NCBI RefSeq assembly: GCF_009914755.1
Contig: NC_060937.1
Direction: 5' to 3' (one strand)
Length of the DNA stretch: 64,000 bases
From: the human T2T-CHM13v2.0 reference genome, Homo sapiens
Position numbers and translations under genes: made by a program. Below the pieces are notes generated by a model. That model saw only the letters and a program-made list of their open reading frames with translations. It had not been told where the DNA came from and ran no database searches. This document shows, in pieces, positions 13,701 through 27,277 of the stretch (positions within the stretch are counted from its first letter, which is position 1; every line of letters begins with the position of its first letter).

Positions 13701-15317
13701 AAATTACAAAGAAAGGAAGAGGGAGACTATTACATTTGCTTCAGTGCCATTGACTGAATCCTATTTGACCCATTCTGATTATGTTTAGCAAACAGGTATA
13801 CTGGCGAGCATTTATTTCCTCGGACCTGAGAGACTATGGGCAAAATGTGTTCAGATGCTTTTGGATCCTCAGGAAAAGGGCACTGTATAAATCCAGGGGA
13901 CTGTTATGTGAGAGAGACGGAGCCTTTATCTCCCAGTCTTAATAAAGAACTAAGCATAAGGCCTATCTGACTTCTAGTTCAGACACCAAATTGACCCCTC
14001 TGGGAGTTGGGGAAGTCTCAATCTCCTTCCTGCCTTATATAGCAGTGGTAATAAAGGAGCGTGAGCTGAGGATTAACTAAAGTTCACATACTGCCTTGAA
14101 GAGAAAAGTCTTGATTTAAGTGCTGAGAATTTATATTAGTGGGAGGGGAAAAGACTAGAGAATGGCAAAAGGAATGGAAAGTTACACAAAGTTATAATGA
14201 AAAATATAAGTTGAAGCAGGTCTAAGGTAAAGATGAAAGATCAGACACAAAGTAGGGGGTAGGAAATGTGTTGTTTTTTTTTTTTTTTAAGAAAAAAAAA
14301 CAGGCTTTTTCTCCAGCTATGTTGGCTCCATCAGGGAATGCTCCTGTGGGTCCTAAAGGGAAGCATATCCATTAAACAGGAAAAGAATCAGGGTTCTAAG
14401 TGGAGAAAAAAAAAAAAGCAGCAAAAAATACCAGGGAACAAGAGAAAGAAAACGGTTAAAAGGCAGTAAGGGGCATGATGAAACAATAAAGAATGAAACT
14501 CTTAAGAACTTGAACAGGATCTCTAAGAGTCCATTAGCCCCCATTCATTAAAATAGCAAGGATTGCTTCCCTGACTTCATGAAATCAGAGTTAGCCCAGC
14601 CTGTCACCTTCCTGATACAAAAATAACTTGACCAAATAAAATGGCTGTGGTCTAGCCTCTTGGCATGTGGCAAAAAGAAATATTTTATTCATATTCAGAT
14701 ATTCTAACGTAAAATATACCGACCACCAAAACTGTATTTGTATACAGAAAAGCAATTTAACAGAACTTAGTTGAAAAGTTGAACATAATTATATTGGTTT
14801 GCAGGCTTTTATTATCAAGTAAATGGTTATCTTTTTGTTGATCAATTTGTTTTTTAATCTCATCACTTAAACTTTACCTAGATGTAGCTGACAATATAGC
14901 CTACAAAAGGTAAACATGTTAAAATTTACATAAATTGTTAGGGGCAAAGATATTATACCTTACTTTGGTATTATACATAGGTAATTCCAAAACCCATCCT
15001 GTGGTTTTGTAAAAGTCTTGGACAAAATCCATTGGATTTTGTGGTCACATGTCTCTTTGTGGTGCGAGGTGAAACAGGGGGTCGGAAAGTGACCAAACTG
15101 GGATTTAATTCACAGTCCGAAAGAAAGACAGAATTTCCCCAGCTCATGTGTGGGCAGATCTCAGATTACAAAGCCAATCTGCCATGCTCTATTTCTCTAG
15201 GAGTACACAGTCCTTTTACCCTGTTCCGAATGTGCAATTATGCCATATTGTCTATGCAGCATTTTAAGATTTAAAAATCTCATTTTTTAGCATCATCATC
15301 CATTTGCTGAACAAAAG

Positions 15318-16261
15318 TATCAGATAGGATCCAGCTAAGGAATCAAAACCATACCAGTTATTTTAATAAAGAGAATTTAATTAATGCAAAGAAATCTTAA
15401 CTAGGATTTACAAAACTGAAAACCTGGAGGTCTCCTAGAGGTGCTAAATGTAGAAAGCAACTACCTCCCCAAGGGCTGGAGAACAAGGGGACATGCTGGG
15501 AATATTAAACTTAGAGCTACATTGTCAATATGGTAGCCACTAGCCACCAGTGGCATGGAACACTTGAAATGTGTTTAGCCCAAATTGTGATGTGCTGAAA
15601 GACTAAAATACAAATGAGATTGCAAAGACTTAGTATGAAAAAGGAGGTAAAATATCTCAATAATTTTTAGATTGCTTATATGTTGAAATGATATTTTTTG
15701 ATACATTGGGTTAAACATGTATTTATTTCACCTATTTCTTTTTTACTTAAAACAAATCATGACTTTCTTGTAATAGCATTGAAATATCTATAATGTCATT
15801 ACTAGAAAGTTTAAAATTTCATATGTGACTTGCCTGTTATTTCATTGGACAGGGCTAGCTTACAGGCTCAGAGGAAGGCTCCCGTGGAGCTTGGACACAG
15901 TCTTTGGAGAGGGTGCTAGAGGCTGATGTTAGCGTATCTGAGAGTAAATGATAAGGCTGGTTCCGGCACTGTAAAAATCTGCAAACTGGAACCAATTGCT
16001 GCTGAATCAACTGTCCCTGCCAGGGTAAAGAGGTGTTGTTACAGTGGTTCTGATAGGGGAAATAGAGAAACAAGGACGAAGTCTTTTCCTTCCTTAGCCT
16101 TGCAGTTTACCTCTATTGCCCCCAAGTGGTAGAACCAAACAGGAGTTCAACTCTAAGGGAGAAAAGTGACTTGCAGGGTCCCAGCCCCAACTGCACAAAG
16201 CAAAATAATAGAAAGGTGAGTCTGATGTTGAGACGCAAATAGCTTAATAAAAGATGCAACA
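15318..16261 (-). mobile_element. Old ERVL-class LTR (LTR50/LTR41-like), interrupted by MER33
   Basis: aaaccataccagttattttaataaagagaatttaa start and gatgttgagacgcaaatagcttaataa end resemble ERVL LTR consensus; subfamily uncertain. Confidence 0.5.
15512..15856. mobile_element. MER33 hAT-Charlie MITE
   Basis: caatatggtagccactagccac...acttgaaatgtg and terminal actagaaagtttaaaatttcatatgtgact...ttggacagggct. Confidence 0.8.
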
Positions 16262-17259
16262 AATATTCATCAAGTGTCAGGCATGGTTTTAGATATTAGG
16301 GCTACAACCACAAACCAGACAAAGTCTCTGTCCTCATCCAGCGTCCATTCTACTGAGACACAGCAGACAACAAGCAAACACATAAACAAATAAGATGATA
16401 TTTGTCTAGGCATTATGGAAAGAAAAAAAGCCATGGCTTAGAAGGTAGCAAGATGAGAGTGGGGCACACATAGCTCCCAGAGGGAGCTGCAAGAGGTCCC
16501 TGCAAGAGGCCCCTGGACACTTGTTGGTCTGCCAGAAATCCAAATTCTGCCACTAGTCACACCACCTGCATCTCATGGAGACACATTGCCACGATTACAT
16601 GGTTGCACTAAAATGCAATGCAAATATTAATGAAGATAATATTACTGCCCAGGTATGAAACAGAAAAATAATTTTATCACTGGATAAAGACATGAAAAAA
16701 CTAGACTTCAAGGACATCCACCTGAGTATTCTGGCAGAAAAGCATGAAATTTAGTGTTTTCATTGATTTGATAGGTTTATCCTTTAACCCAGATTCTAAG
16801 ACATATGAAAGGACGTCTTGGCTCTCCAAGGAAAAGAAGCCATTGAAATTTGGTTTTCTTTTGGCTTGGCATTATACAAAAACAATGGGCCTAATAATTT
16901 CATATCAACTCAGTGCTACCCTCAGCCAAGGACGGTGGTGGCAAAGAATCCTTGTATACAATCACTGGTTGCATATTTCCAGAGAGGATCTGTCTCCTAA
17001 TGGAACAGCTAGCTCACTACTCTGATTAAACAAAGTTAGTTCCTCAGATTACATTGTCAGTTCAAGACTTTGCAGACAGCCCTGTTTCATAAAGAGAAAA
17101 TGAATATTATTTTTAAAAAAGAGAAACATTTTTACAACTTTGTAATTTTTAATAATCAGGACTATTGGCTTCAGAAGGCTATTGGGGCAAATAATGACTG
17201 TCCACCATCAAAATTACAAAGTTTTAAAATAATAATTATAAAAAAAGATGGGAACAAGA

Positions 17260-17765
17260 TGAGGTCGAGCACTGATTTAGATAATGAGGTCAGTAAACGC
17301 CCCTCTCAGGAGATAATATTTGAACTAAGGTCTGAAGGGAGGTGGGGAGAAAAAAGTCTTCCAGGGCAGAAGGAATAAAACTTGCAAAGTCTCTAAAAAC
17401 AGAATGACCTGGGATTGTAGTTGGAGCATAACTGTCAGGGGAAAGATGATGAGGGATGATTGGGACCAGATTATGTAGGGTCCCTGTAAGTCATGATAAG
17501 TAATGAGGATTTTAACTTAATTGCTATGGGAACCACTGTAGGATTTGAAGCAGGAGAGTGGTATGATTTGATTTACATTTGTAAAAGGTCATTCTGGCTG
17601 CTGTGTAGAGGAAGACTCTAGAGGGGCAAAAATATGAGGAAAACCAGGAAGCTAGTGCAATAGCCTAGGTAAAAGATAATGATGGCTGGGACTCTGATAG
17701 AAGCAGTGGAAATGGTAAGATAGGACTGTATTCAAGACATGAATTAGAAGTTGAGCCAACAGTTC
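17260..17765 (-). mobile_element. L2 relic
   Basis: atttgaactaaggtctgaag, tttgaagcaggagagtggtatgatttgatttacattt, aggtcattctggctgctgtgtagagg. Confidence 0.75.
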
Positions 17766-18619
17766 CATTAGAGAATGGGCTGATTCATGTAATTCACTTG
17801 AGTAAATTTTTCAAAGAGCTAACATACTTTGAACACCAAAATTATTTTTAAAAAATCTTGTTTTCGTGGAAATCTTTCAAAATTGTACAAAACATTCCTT
17901 GATCTTCTTCTATAGAAAATTCCAACCAAATTTGCAAATTGTTACTTTGACTCAGATCCTGGTCTCCATTTTTGTCTGCCATCTGACACATTCCCTGTCA
18001 ATTTCTTGAGTTTCTCAACTCCAATTACTTTCACTCCATATGTTAAAGCTCCCCTTGTTTTGAGGCAAATTTTAATTAGGATGGAAAGACTATTTTTCCA
18101 TATAAACGAATCCATACATTGGCTATGCCATTTAGGGAGAAGCTGCACCTGCCTGACTGAGGTCAGCATCTGCCACCCCAGCCTGTTCATCAAGCCTTCT
18201 CTTACCAAAGCCCTCAACTTGGTAAGGTGATAAAATTATCTTTACTTCTGAAAACCAAAATTATCTTTGCTCTTGAGACACCAGCTATGTTTACCTGCTA
18301 TACCCCACCAAGGTCAAAATCAATACAATCCACACTTACAAAAGCCAAATGACCATTTACAAAACCTAATCTTCATATTGAGTCCCAATTTCTAGTCCTT
18401 GTCTAGTTTTACTGTTCTCAGCTAATCCACAAAGATGCTGAGGTTTCATGGGGCCAATAAATGACCTTCCTTTCTTCCTTTCCCAGTTTCTAGATGGAAG
18501 TCTGAATTAGAAATCAAATTATCATTTACTAAGGGATCTAAACTAGAGCCTGTGGCTTGAATTTAAGGCCAACGGCTTTCCTAATATGTCCTCCTGAACT
18601 GAACTCAAACCACCACACT

Positions 18620-18909
18620 ACAAACTCACCACCTGGAATGATGAAGGTGAAAGTGAAATTGGAGTGGGATGAAGAGCCTATAGAAAGTAAAGAAGGAAGA
18701 GAGAAAATAATACTTGATCCTTCATAAAGCTGGGTTCTGAAGAGGAACAGAGAAATGGAGCCATAGCTAAAGGGGATGTCAGATCAATGGAAGATTACAT
18801 TATGAGAAGGGAAGTAATGGGATATGTTTATATATTCATGGAAATAATCAAGGGAGGTGGGAGAGATTAAGAATGTTGGAAAATGTATATATACATATGT
18901 ATGTATGTG

Positions 18910-18960
<51 letters not shown>

Positions 18961-19460
18961 CAGAAAAGGGGGTGTCCTTGACAGTCAGCAGAGAGATTTC
19001 AGAGCCCCAGTAGAGAGATTGGCCTCCATAGTAACGGGTGGGAATGTAACGGTGATGGGGGCACAGGAATTTAGGTTTCTAGATTTAGTTGTGGGCAGAT
19101 GGAGTTTTCATTCTGTTTTCTATTTTCTGAATGAAAAATGAAGTGAAGTATTCAGCTAAGAATGAGAGGGTGGGAGGTGTGAGAATAGAGAAAGTTTGAA
19201 ATTAAAATCTTGCTGGGTAGAGAAGCAGAGTTACAGAGGAAATGATTTCTTAGTACTTGCGGAAGGCCCACTCGAAGTTTGTAATAATTTAAAGTGAAAC
19301 CAGTCAGCCCATCCACGTAACTTTCTCCAGCAGTATTTGGAAAGCCAGGGATAGCCAACGAGAAGCTACGTGGACTCAACTAAACACGAGCTATTGTAGG
19401 TCAAGATGGAGAGAAATGGAGAGCAAATGGAGTTGAGGGCTTTTGCAAGAGCAAGATTAT
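18620..19460 (-). mobile_element. L2 relic (internal region) carrying a (TG)n microsatellite
   Basis: Purine-rich antisense L2-like sequence, similar to 200-600. Confidence 0.5.
18885..18960. repeat. (TA)n/(TG)n microsatellite
   Basis: tatatatatgtgtgtgtg...gtgtatatat seen directly. Confidence 0.95.
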
Positions 19461-19640
19461 GTTAATTTAGTTAGCAATAATCATTGAACTCCTGTTATAT
19501 ATCAGTAACTAGGCAAAAATACTCAGCCAAGCTGTAGGGAGTTGTTAAGTACTGGCCACTGTCTGGGGCTTCCACCAGAACTGGGTGTAGATTTTTTCCT
19601 TAACCCAGCCTTCCTTTTTTTTCTTTTTCATGCTTCTTGG

Positions 19641-19642
<2 letters not shown>

Positions 19643-19688
<46 letters not shown>

Positions 19689-19702
19689 CACACACAAACA
19701 CA
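19643..19702. repeat. (CA)n microsatellite
   Basis: About 20 uninterrupted CA units. Confidence 0.95.
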
Positions 19703-19709
19703 AAATTGG

Positions 19710-19890
19710 TAATATATATTTAATACTTACCATGTATCAGGTACTATGCTAGGCACTGTTTAAAAACATAAACTCGCCATTCCATATACCAATGCTGTGA
19801 AGAAATCATTATTATTAGTGCCATTTGCAGATAAGGAAGATGCGTACAAAGATGTTAAGAAACTTATGCAGATAACCATACCACTTTTGG
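19710..19890 (-). mobile_element. MIR SINE
   Basis: acttaccatgtatcaggtactatgctaggcact ... ccatttgcagataaggaa ... gttaagaaacttatgc. Confidence 0.7.
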
Positions 19891-20849
19891 AACTACTAAC
19901 TTCACAGACCTTTGCTCCTACAGGTTAAAGTCTTCATGATTTAGGGAAAAAAACCTGAAATATTTTTCATTAAAATAGTTAAAATTTCCCATTTTCACTT
20001 GAGTGTATAAACAACCATGCCATTATCTGCAGATCCTTTTGGAAGAAGTTAAGAACCTTAAACTCTGTTACAAAATTGAGTGGAATTTTTATTTCAAATT
20101 ATCTAAGGTTACAAATTGAGCAGTCTTGCCTATACGAGTAATTATTAAAACTCTACAAACAGGCAAATAACTATTGCAGCCTCTTTCCTTCCTAAACTCT
20201 CTTGTGGGTGATACATGCTGAAGAAAACATTTATGCTTTACTTAACATTTTCTACTTAAGAGAAACAATCTGAATGTCTAAATTTGGGTCTGGAAAATAA
20301 ACACAAATTTCCCTTCCATAATTCCTCTTCCTTCCTTCCTTGCTAATCAAACCAAGATAATGGTTCTGCCCTAGAAATTGCCCAATGACTAACAGGTACT
20401 ATTGTTTTTCATATGAGAAACCACACTTAAAGAGACATCCCTTCTTATTTGTGAAAAATATTGCAAAATTAAGGAGGATCAAGAGAGTCAAGCAAGGGTG
20501 AAGTTCACTCACATTCTTGACAGGGAAATCAAGAGTTTTCCATTGTTCCCCTGTTATCTAGAAAAACACAGAATTCTTAAAGTTGAATCATGCAAAAGTT
20601 CCTTTGACTACTTATATTTTTCAAGACTATACTATATTTGAATATGTCCAAGTATCACTGTCTGGAAAGACACACACAGGTCAGTCAGACAAATATTTAA
20701 AAAATGAACGGTACTTCCTTAACAGCAAAACTAATTGGTATGCATAGCACTGTAGCCAGGTTTGGTAATAGCTATCATTCACTGAGAATTCTCTATATTC
20801 TAAGCTGCAGGTTCTCAATCTTCATTACATATTAGAATCACTGAAGAAA

Positions 20850-21578
20850 TTTTTGTTTCGTTTTAACTTTTTATTTTAAATTAATTTAGACTCAGAGTAG
20901 TAGAAAAAAATAGCACCAAGTGTTCTCATATATCCTTCACCTGCTTCCTATAACATTAACTCTTTACATGATCATGGTACAATGATCAGAGTCAGAAAAT
21001 TAACATTGGTACAATACTATTAACTAGATTATTAGAATTGTATTAGTTGTCTCACTAACATTTTTTCTTTATTCAGTATTGGATTTATTGTTATTTCTTC
21101 TTAGTTTGTTCCAATCTTTGATACTACCTCAGTCTTTCCTTATCTTTCATAACCTCAACCCTTTTGAAGGGTGCTGATCAAGTTATTTCATAGAATTTCC
21201 CTCAGTGTAGGTTTTTCTGATGTTTTCTCATATTCAGAATGAAGTGATGCATTTCTGTAAGAATACCACAGAAGTGATGGGCGCTTCTCAGTGTGTCAGA
21301 TCAAGGGGTTTGTGATATTAACATCCTATTCTTGCTGCTGTTAACTTTGATTGCTTGGTTCAGGTCACATTTACTGGGTTTCCCCATGGTAATATTACTA
21401 TTTTTCCCTTTGCAGTTATACATATCTTAGGGATAACACTTTGCAACTCTGCAAATACTGTTTCTTGTCAAACTTGCATCCACTTGTTTTAACATCCGTC
21501 AATAGATCTTGTCTACAACAATTGTTACTGTGGTGTTTGTCTAATGGTGAGTCCTTCTACACTTAGTGTTTGGAATTC
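20850..21578 (-). mobile_element. Old L1 3' end (L1MC-like) inserted into a MER5-type MITE
   Basis: tttttattttaaattaatttagactc...agaaaattaacattggtacaatactattaact; flanks caggttctcaatc...tagaatcac (20808) and cctgaggagattttttaaatgctcatgcc (21580) read as two halves of MER5. Confidence 0.7.
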
Positions 21579-22095
21579 CACCTGAGGAGATTTTTTTAAA
21601 TGCTCATGCCTTGCCCCCACCAGAGAGCAATTAAATGAAAACTTACTAAGCATATAATCACATGTCCTCACAATAAGGCTAATAGGCTGATATTATTATA
21701 ATATTATTACCTGCATTTAAATATGAATAAATTGATACTCAGAATGACATAATAACTTACATTTTTTGTGCCACTAAGTAGTGAAGACAAGACAGAAATT
21801 CTAAGCTGCCTGTCTCTAAAACTCATGCTCTTTTCACTGTCCCATCCTCTCTCCATCAAAGTTCAGCTCATTCTTCCTGATGTTAAATTCTGCCCCATTT
21901 AAAGCCTACTCTCTCTCCCAACTTCAATCATCTGTAATTTTTGCCTAGATCATTCCAGGGTTAGACACATCTTTTTTCCGGAAACTTTTGACATCCACCT
22001 TCCTTAAGAGTTAGGAACAGCTGTCAGCTACATTATTTGTCTTCACCTGGAGAATAGATCATTGCTGAAAAATTTGTAGATGAAAGAGTATATCT

Positions 22096-22123
<28 letters not shown>
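22096..22123. repeat. (CA)n microsatellite
   Basis: Seen directly. Confidence 0.95.
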
Positions 22124-22126
<3 letters not shown>

Positions 22127-22909
22127 CAAATCATTTATGTGTTTAGGATAATAAACAAATAAACAATATTTTAATGAAATATAATCCAAATGCTCTCTGA
22201 GCGAGTTAAATTCATCAGGCATTGAAACATCAAAAACTATGCATGCAGTCAGTGGTTAAGAGCAAGGTTCTGAAGCCAGGCAGATCTGAGTTAGAGTTTA
22301 GCAAAGCACTCAAAGACATTGAACATGTCTTTTAACCTCTTTAAGGTTTAATTTCCTAATTTTTAAAATACACTTCTTGCGAAGAGTCAATGAACTCTTA
22401 GCACAGGGCACAAGCAATTAGCAAATATGAGCTTTTAAAAAAAAAACCACTATAACCAAACTGCTTCTTGACAAGAGACAAGTGCTTTTAAAGAAGATTC
22501 TGGGGCCAAACGTGAGAGAAGTAAGCTTAGAGAATTTGGATTTTTAAGAGACCAGATGTTGCGGGAGTGTACAGGAGTTTTGGAACTGTCAGAGGGGCAC
22601 ATCAGGCCTCTGATAGAGAAGGAGAAAGGGAAATGGAGTGTGTGAATGGTCTTGATTGATTTCCCTTGTGGAGGCAACTATCAGTACAGAGCTAGATAGC
22701 TGCCAATCAGTTATGGTATCATCTGAATGTAAAGGTAAAGTTTTCCCAAGAACATCTTTCAGGAAGGATATTATATGTGTGTATCATGGAGATAAGAAAT
22801 TTTGTCTATTTCAGTCATTTCTATACTCCAAAAACACTACCTAGCATATAGTAACTGTTCAATAAATATTAATAACTGTTGGATTAATGGATAAATGAAT
22901 GAATGCATG

Positions 22910-23020
22910 ATAGATTCAAAAGACCATATTAAGAAGCTTAGCTCCTTAATTAGGAAGGTATGCCCCATAAATTCAAAAGACCATATCAAGCTTAGCTCCT
23001 TAATAAGGAAGGTATGCCCC
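22910..23020. repeat. Tandem duplication, 57/54-bp copies
   Basis: ata(g/a)attcaaaagaccatat(t/c)aag(aag)cttagctccttaat(t/a)aggaaggtatgcccc twice; 3 substitutions and one 3-bp indel. Confidence 0.95.
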
Positions 23021-23345
23021 ATTGCTTACAGCGTTTTCTCTTGTGGAGAAGGGTAAGCAAATTAGGGAGCAGGGCTGATTTTCTCAAGTCTGTAGAAAAA
23101 AAGCCTGAGTGCACCTACCAGCTGCTATTCCTCTCTTCCTCTTCCTCATTTTAGAGTTTAGAGTTTCCTCTAAACCTTTGTTGAACAAATAAGGAATGGT
23201 AATTTTTTTTTAAGGATGCAAAATTGTAAACTGGTAGGACATTTATAAATCTGTTAGACCTTGGCTGTATGTCACTGAAAATTACATATATACTAGGGAA
23301 AGCAGTCATTGCTTGCCCAGCTATGAAAATGTGAAATAAGATGCC

Positions 23346-23740
23346 TGTGGCAAAGACTGGAAGTTGCTTTTTTCACGTTCATGCTTAATGAGAGAACCTG
23401 AGGAATGTGCCTAGCTGAAGAATTGTATTTCCCAACCACATTTGTAAATCCAAGTAGTCACTGTGATGTAAGAGACCTCCAGGGAAACTCTTTTGCCCCT
23501 GGCTCTTACTATTATTATCCCTGCCTGGAATGAAGACATGATGGCTGGAGCTCCGTGAGTCATCTTGTAATTTTGAGGATGCTGGAACAGAAAGCTATTA
23601 TAAGGCCAGGTCTCTAATGATTTTCTGGAGCTGCCATACCAGCTCTGGAATTTCCAGCTCCAGGCTTGAATTGTGTGGAAGAAAAATAAGTTTCTATCTT
23701 GACTATGTGACTATAGTCGGGTCAGTTGCCAGCATAATTT
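23346..23740 (+). mobile_element. MaLR LTR, MLT1J/K-like
   Basis: cctgcctggaatgaagacatgatggctggagctcc, ggagctgccataccagctctgga. Confidence 0.7.
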
Positions 23741-23796
23741 CAGTGTTGTACTCCCGTTAGATGAAGCATGTGTACAGCTGAATCAGTAGAAGCTAA

Positions 23797-24158
<362 letters not shown>

Positions 24159-24339
24159 TGGAAGTTTTCATTGGCAGTGTTAGTAATTATGAAGAGGGCA
24201 GGAGAAAATACAGAGCACAACTTAAGGAAACACTTCTTATGAGAGCACTATTACCTACTTTAGAGTTGAACAACAGACCTTGTACCTAAGCAAATATTTT
24301 TGTCAATAACTGGCACATTTTAGTATTGAAAATAATCAT

Positions 24340-24620
24340 GAATCACCCAGTTCAATTACCCATCTGTTGCTCAACTCTCCTCTAGAATATTTAGGTAAGA
24401 AGTCATCCAGTTATGTTTGGCTACATCAAGTAATAAGTAACTATACTTCCCATGCCTGCCCATTTTTATCTTTGAACAATTCTGATAGTTAAATTGTTTT
24501 TTACATTAAGCTGAAATATGTTTTCCTCTAGCTTCAGTCCACTCATTCTAGTCCTGATCTTTAGAGCAATTTCAGCACATTCAATCCCTGTTCTAAGTGA
24601 TAAGCCTTCAATTACCCGAC
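24340..24620 (-). mobile_element. L3/CR1 LINE relic
   Basis: tttgaacaattctgatagtt...agctgaaatatg...agcttcagtccactcattctagtcctg resembles the antisense L3 3' region. Confidence 0.45.
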
Positions 24621-26583
24621 TCCTCTTGAGACAGTTGCCCTTTCAGATCTTCATGTCACAATATCATTCTGAACATGTGGAAATCCACTTCTCCAAAATC
24701 CAGAGAATATGTATGACTATACCTGCTCATTCCTTTCCTAGCTATTGCATTTTTTGAAAGGAGGTGGCCATGTCCTCTCCAATTACATAACAACTTCCAT
24801 TTTGCTGAAAAATTATCTTTTCACTATCAAATACAAGGTAATTATTATTTCCAGTTGTTTTTAATAACTCTGGGAGATAAATTTTGAGACAAAGCAGGTA
24901 AGGAAGTTGTCAGATGTGTACTATTAAGTGAATGAGCGTTCCATTGCATATCCCCCAATTTTTAAAATTCCCCATTTTTTCTATATGTTATACCTGTGCA
25001 ACTTGTATGACCTAAATCAGAAATAAGTCATTTATTTCTTACATCAAGCTAAATGATATTTAATACATCTTCACAATAATAGTACATCTGTCCTTTCACC
25101 TTTCATTAATACTCCATGATCTCCAAGAAATTATTTTCTTAGAATTTTGGAGTTCTAAGCAGGCATAAATGAAACAACACAGAATATGACTGTAACTTTT
25201 TCCACTCAACAAAATCTGTTCCTACTGAATTGGAGCTGTTTTCCCATTACCATATTTCAAACATACCCTGCTTGCTAAGCTTTGGTGACACCAACGAGAT
25301 ATTTACCATCTGTGTTATGATATCTAATTCACTTGGTTACCTGCTAAAATCAAATCTATTGAGCCCACAGGATGTAATAATAACCAAAATAAATGTAACC
25401 TAAAATAGTTATTTTTAAAATGAAAAAAAAATGAAATTGAAGTTTAGTCAACTGGCAATTTAGCGAGGGCATTGTAAATTTAATCAGGAACTAATCTCTG
25501 GGTTTGACACCTAAGGGCAGACATCCTATAAGGAACTTCTGCCACTTTTCTCTGCTTCCACAACTAGTGTTATGTCAAAAAGGCAAAATGAAAATGGTCA
25601 GGAGCGGCATTTACCTCATACCAGGAGAGTAAAAGTCATTTTTCAAGCTAGATTTTTAAGAGTGTAAAGCCAGGTTCACAGTTTAGGAGAAACATAGTTT
25701 CTCATTCACAATCTGTCTTCCAGCCAACCTATTCTATTACCAATATCAGGAAGGTGCAGAGATAAAATATAGTTTAAATCTCAAATCCCTCAAACCAGGC
25801 TGTCAGGGAGGGGAAAGGTCAATGCTGCCATGCTGGATAAAAGAAAGCTGATGATGACCACTGTGGTGATAGCAGCTTTTCACTTGATAAGTAGGAATTG
25901 GAAGAATTGGGATGGGATCAGCAGAAAATGAGAGTTGGGTTATTTGAGGCTTGTGCTGTTGAAGTTAGAGACAGATGTGCCCAGAGAGGGTTAGCTAAGT
26001 AGTAGGTTAGGCAATGTATGTTCAAATGGAGGTAAAGCATCTACAAGCTCTGGGACTCACTTCTCCTCTGCTAAATGCTGTAAGATATTCTTTTCTTCTG
26101 ATTCTGGAAATTTCATGCCCAAGCACAGGAGGGATAGGCGTCTTTGGTCTGTAAGTGTACTCATGTCCTCCACTGAGTTTCACTTAAGCATGTTTCTGTT
26201 TCATAAAATAAACATACAAAAATGTTCAGAAGGTTAGTGGGATATGATTTGGAGTTCTCATTCACATACAAAAATAATTGCTTGAATTATACAACTATTG
26301 TATAGAAGATAACATTTTTATTATTATCCTTATGGGCTAGTGTTGACATTTTACAAGCATGAGTGAGGATAGGATTCTTCTGTCTTCAAGGATTCCACAG
26401 GATAGGAGAGAAGATAAGGCATGCATAAGGAGCTAATACATCATCTGTACAATGGTGTATGCTGTCAGAGAGAGATACAGATAAAGAGCCCCAGAGGTTC
26501 AGAGAAAGAAGAGATGATCTCTGAACTCAAGAATACCACAAGCAAGATGGCAGATGGTAAAGCAACAGGATTCAAATAAAAGC

Positions 26584-27277
26584 ATGTTGATTTAGTATCC
26601 TGAAACTTTACTGAAATCATTTAATAACTCTAGAAGCCTTTTGGTGGAGTCTTTAGTATTTTCTAAGTACAGAATCATATCATCAGCAAAGAGAGATACG
26701 TTAACTTCTTCTTTTCCTGTTTGGGTGCCTTTTATTTCTTTCTCTTGCCAGATGGCTCTGGCTAGAACTTCCAGTACTATGTTGAATAAGAGTGGTGAGA
26801 GTGGGCATCCTTGTCTTGTTCTAGCTCCAGCTTTTTCCCATTCAGTATAATTTTGGCTATAGGTTTGTCATACATGGCTCTTATTATTTTTAAGTATGTT
26901 CTCAATGCAACGCAGCCATAAAAAGGAATGGAAGAATGTCCTTCGTAGCAACGTGGATGCAGTTGGGGGCTGTTATTGTAAGTAAATTAATGCAGGAGCA
27001 GAAAACCAAATACCACACATTCCCACATATAAGTGGGACCTAACCATTAAGTATACATGGACATAAAGATGGGAACAACTGGAGACTACTAGATGGCGGA
27101 GCATGGGAGTGAGGTGAGGGTTGAAATGCTACCTATCAGGTACTATGATCACCACGTAGGTGATGGGATCATTTGTATACCAAACCTCAGTGACACACGG
27201 TTTACCCGTGTAACAAACCCACATATGTGCTCCCTGAGCCTAAAATACAAGTGAGAAAAACAGCAGCCACAACAACA
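26584..27277 (+). mobile_element. 5'-inverted truncated L1 (L1PA15/16-like)
   Basis: 26584-26908 is antisense ORF2 RT-region sequence; 26910-27260 is the sense ORF2 end plus 3' UTR (ggacataaagatgggaacaa, acctatcaggtactatg); degenerate TSD caaataaaagcatg / caaatgtgagcatg. Confidence 0.85.
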
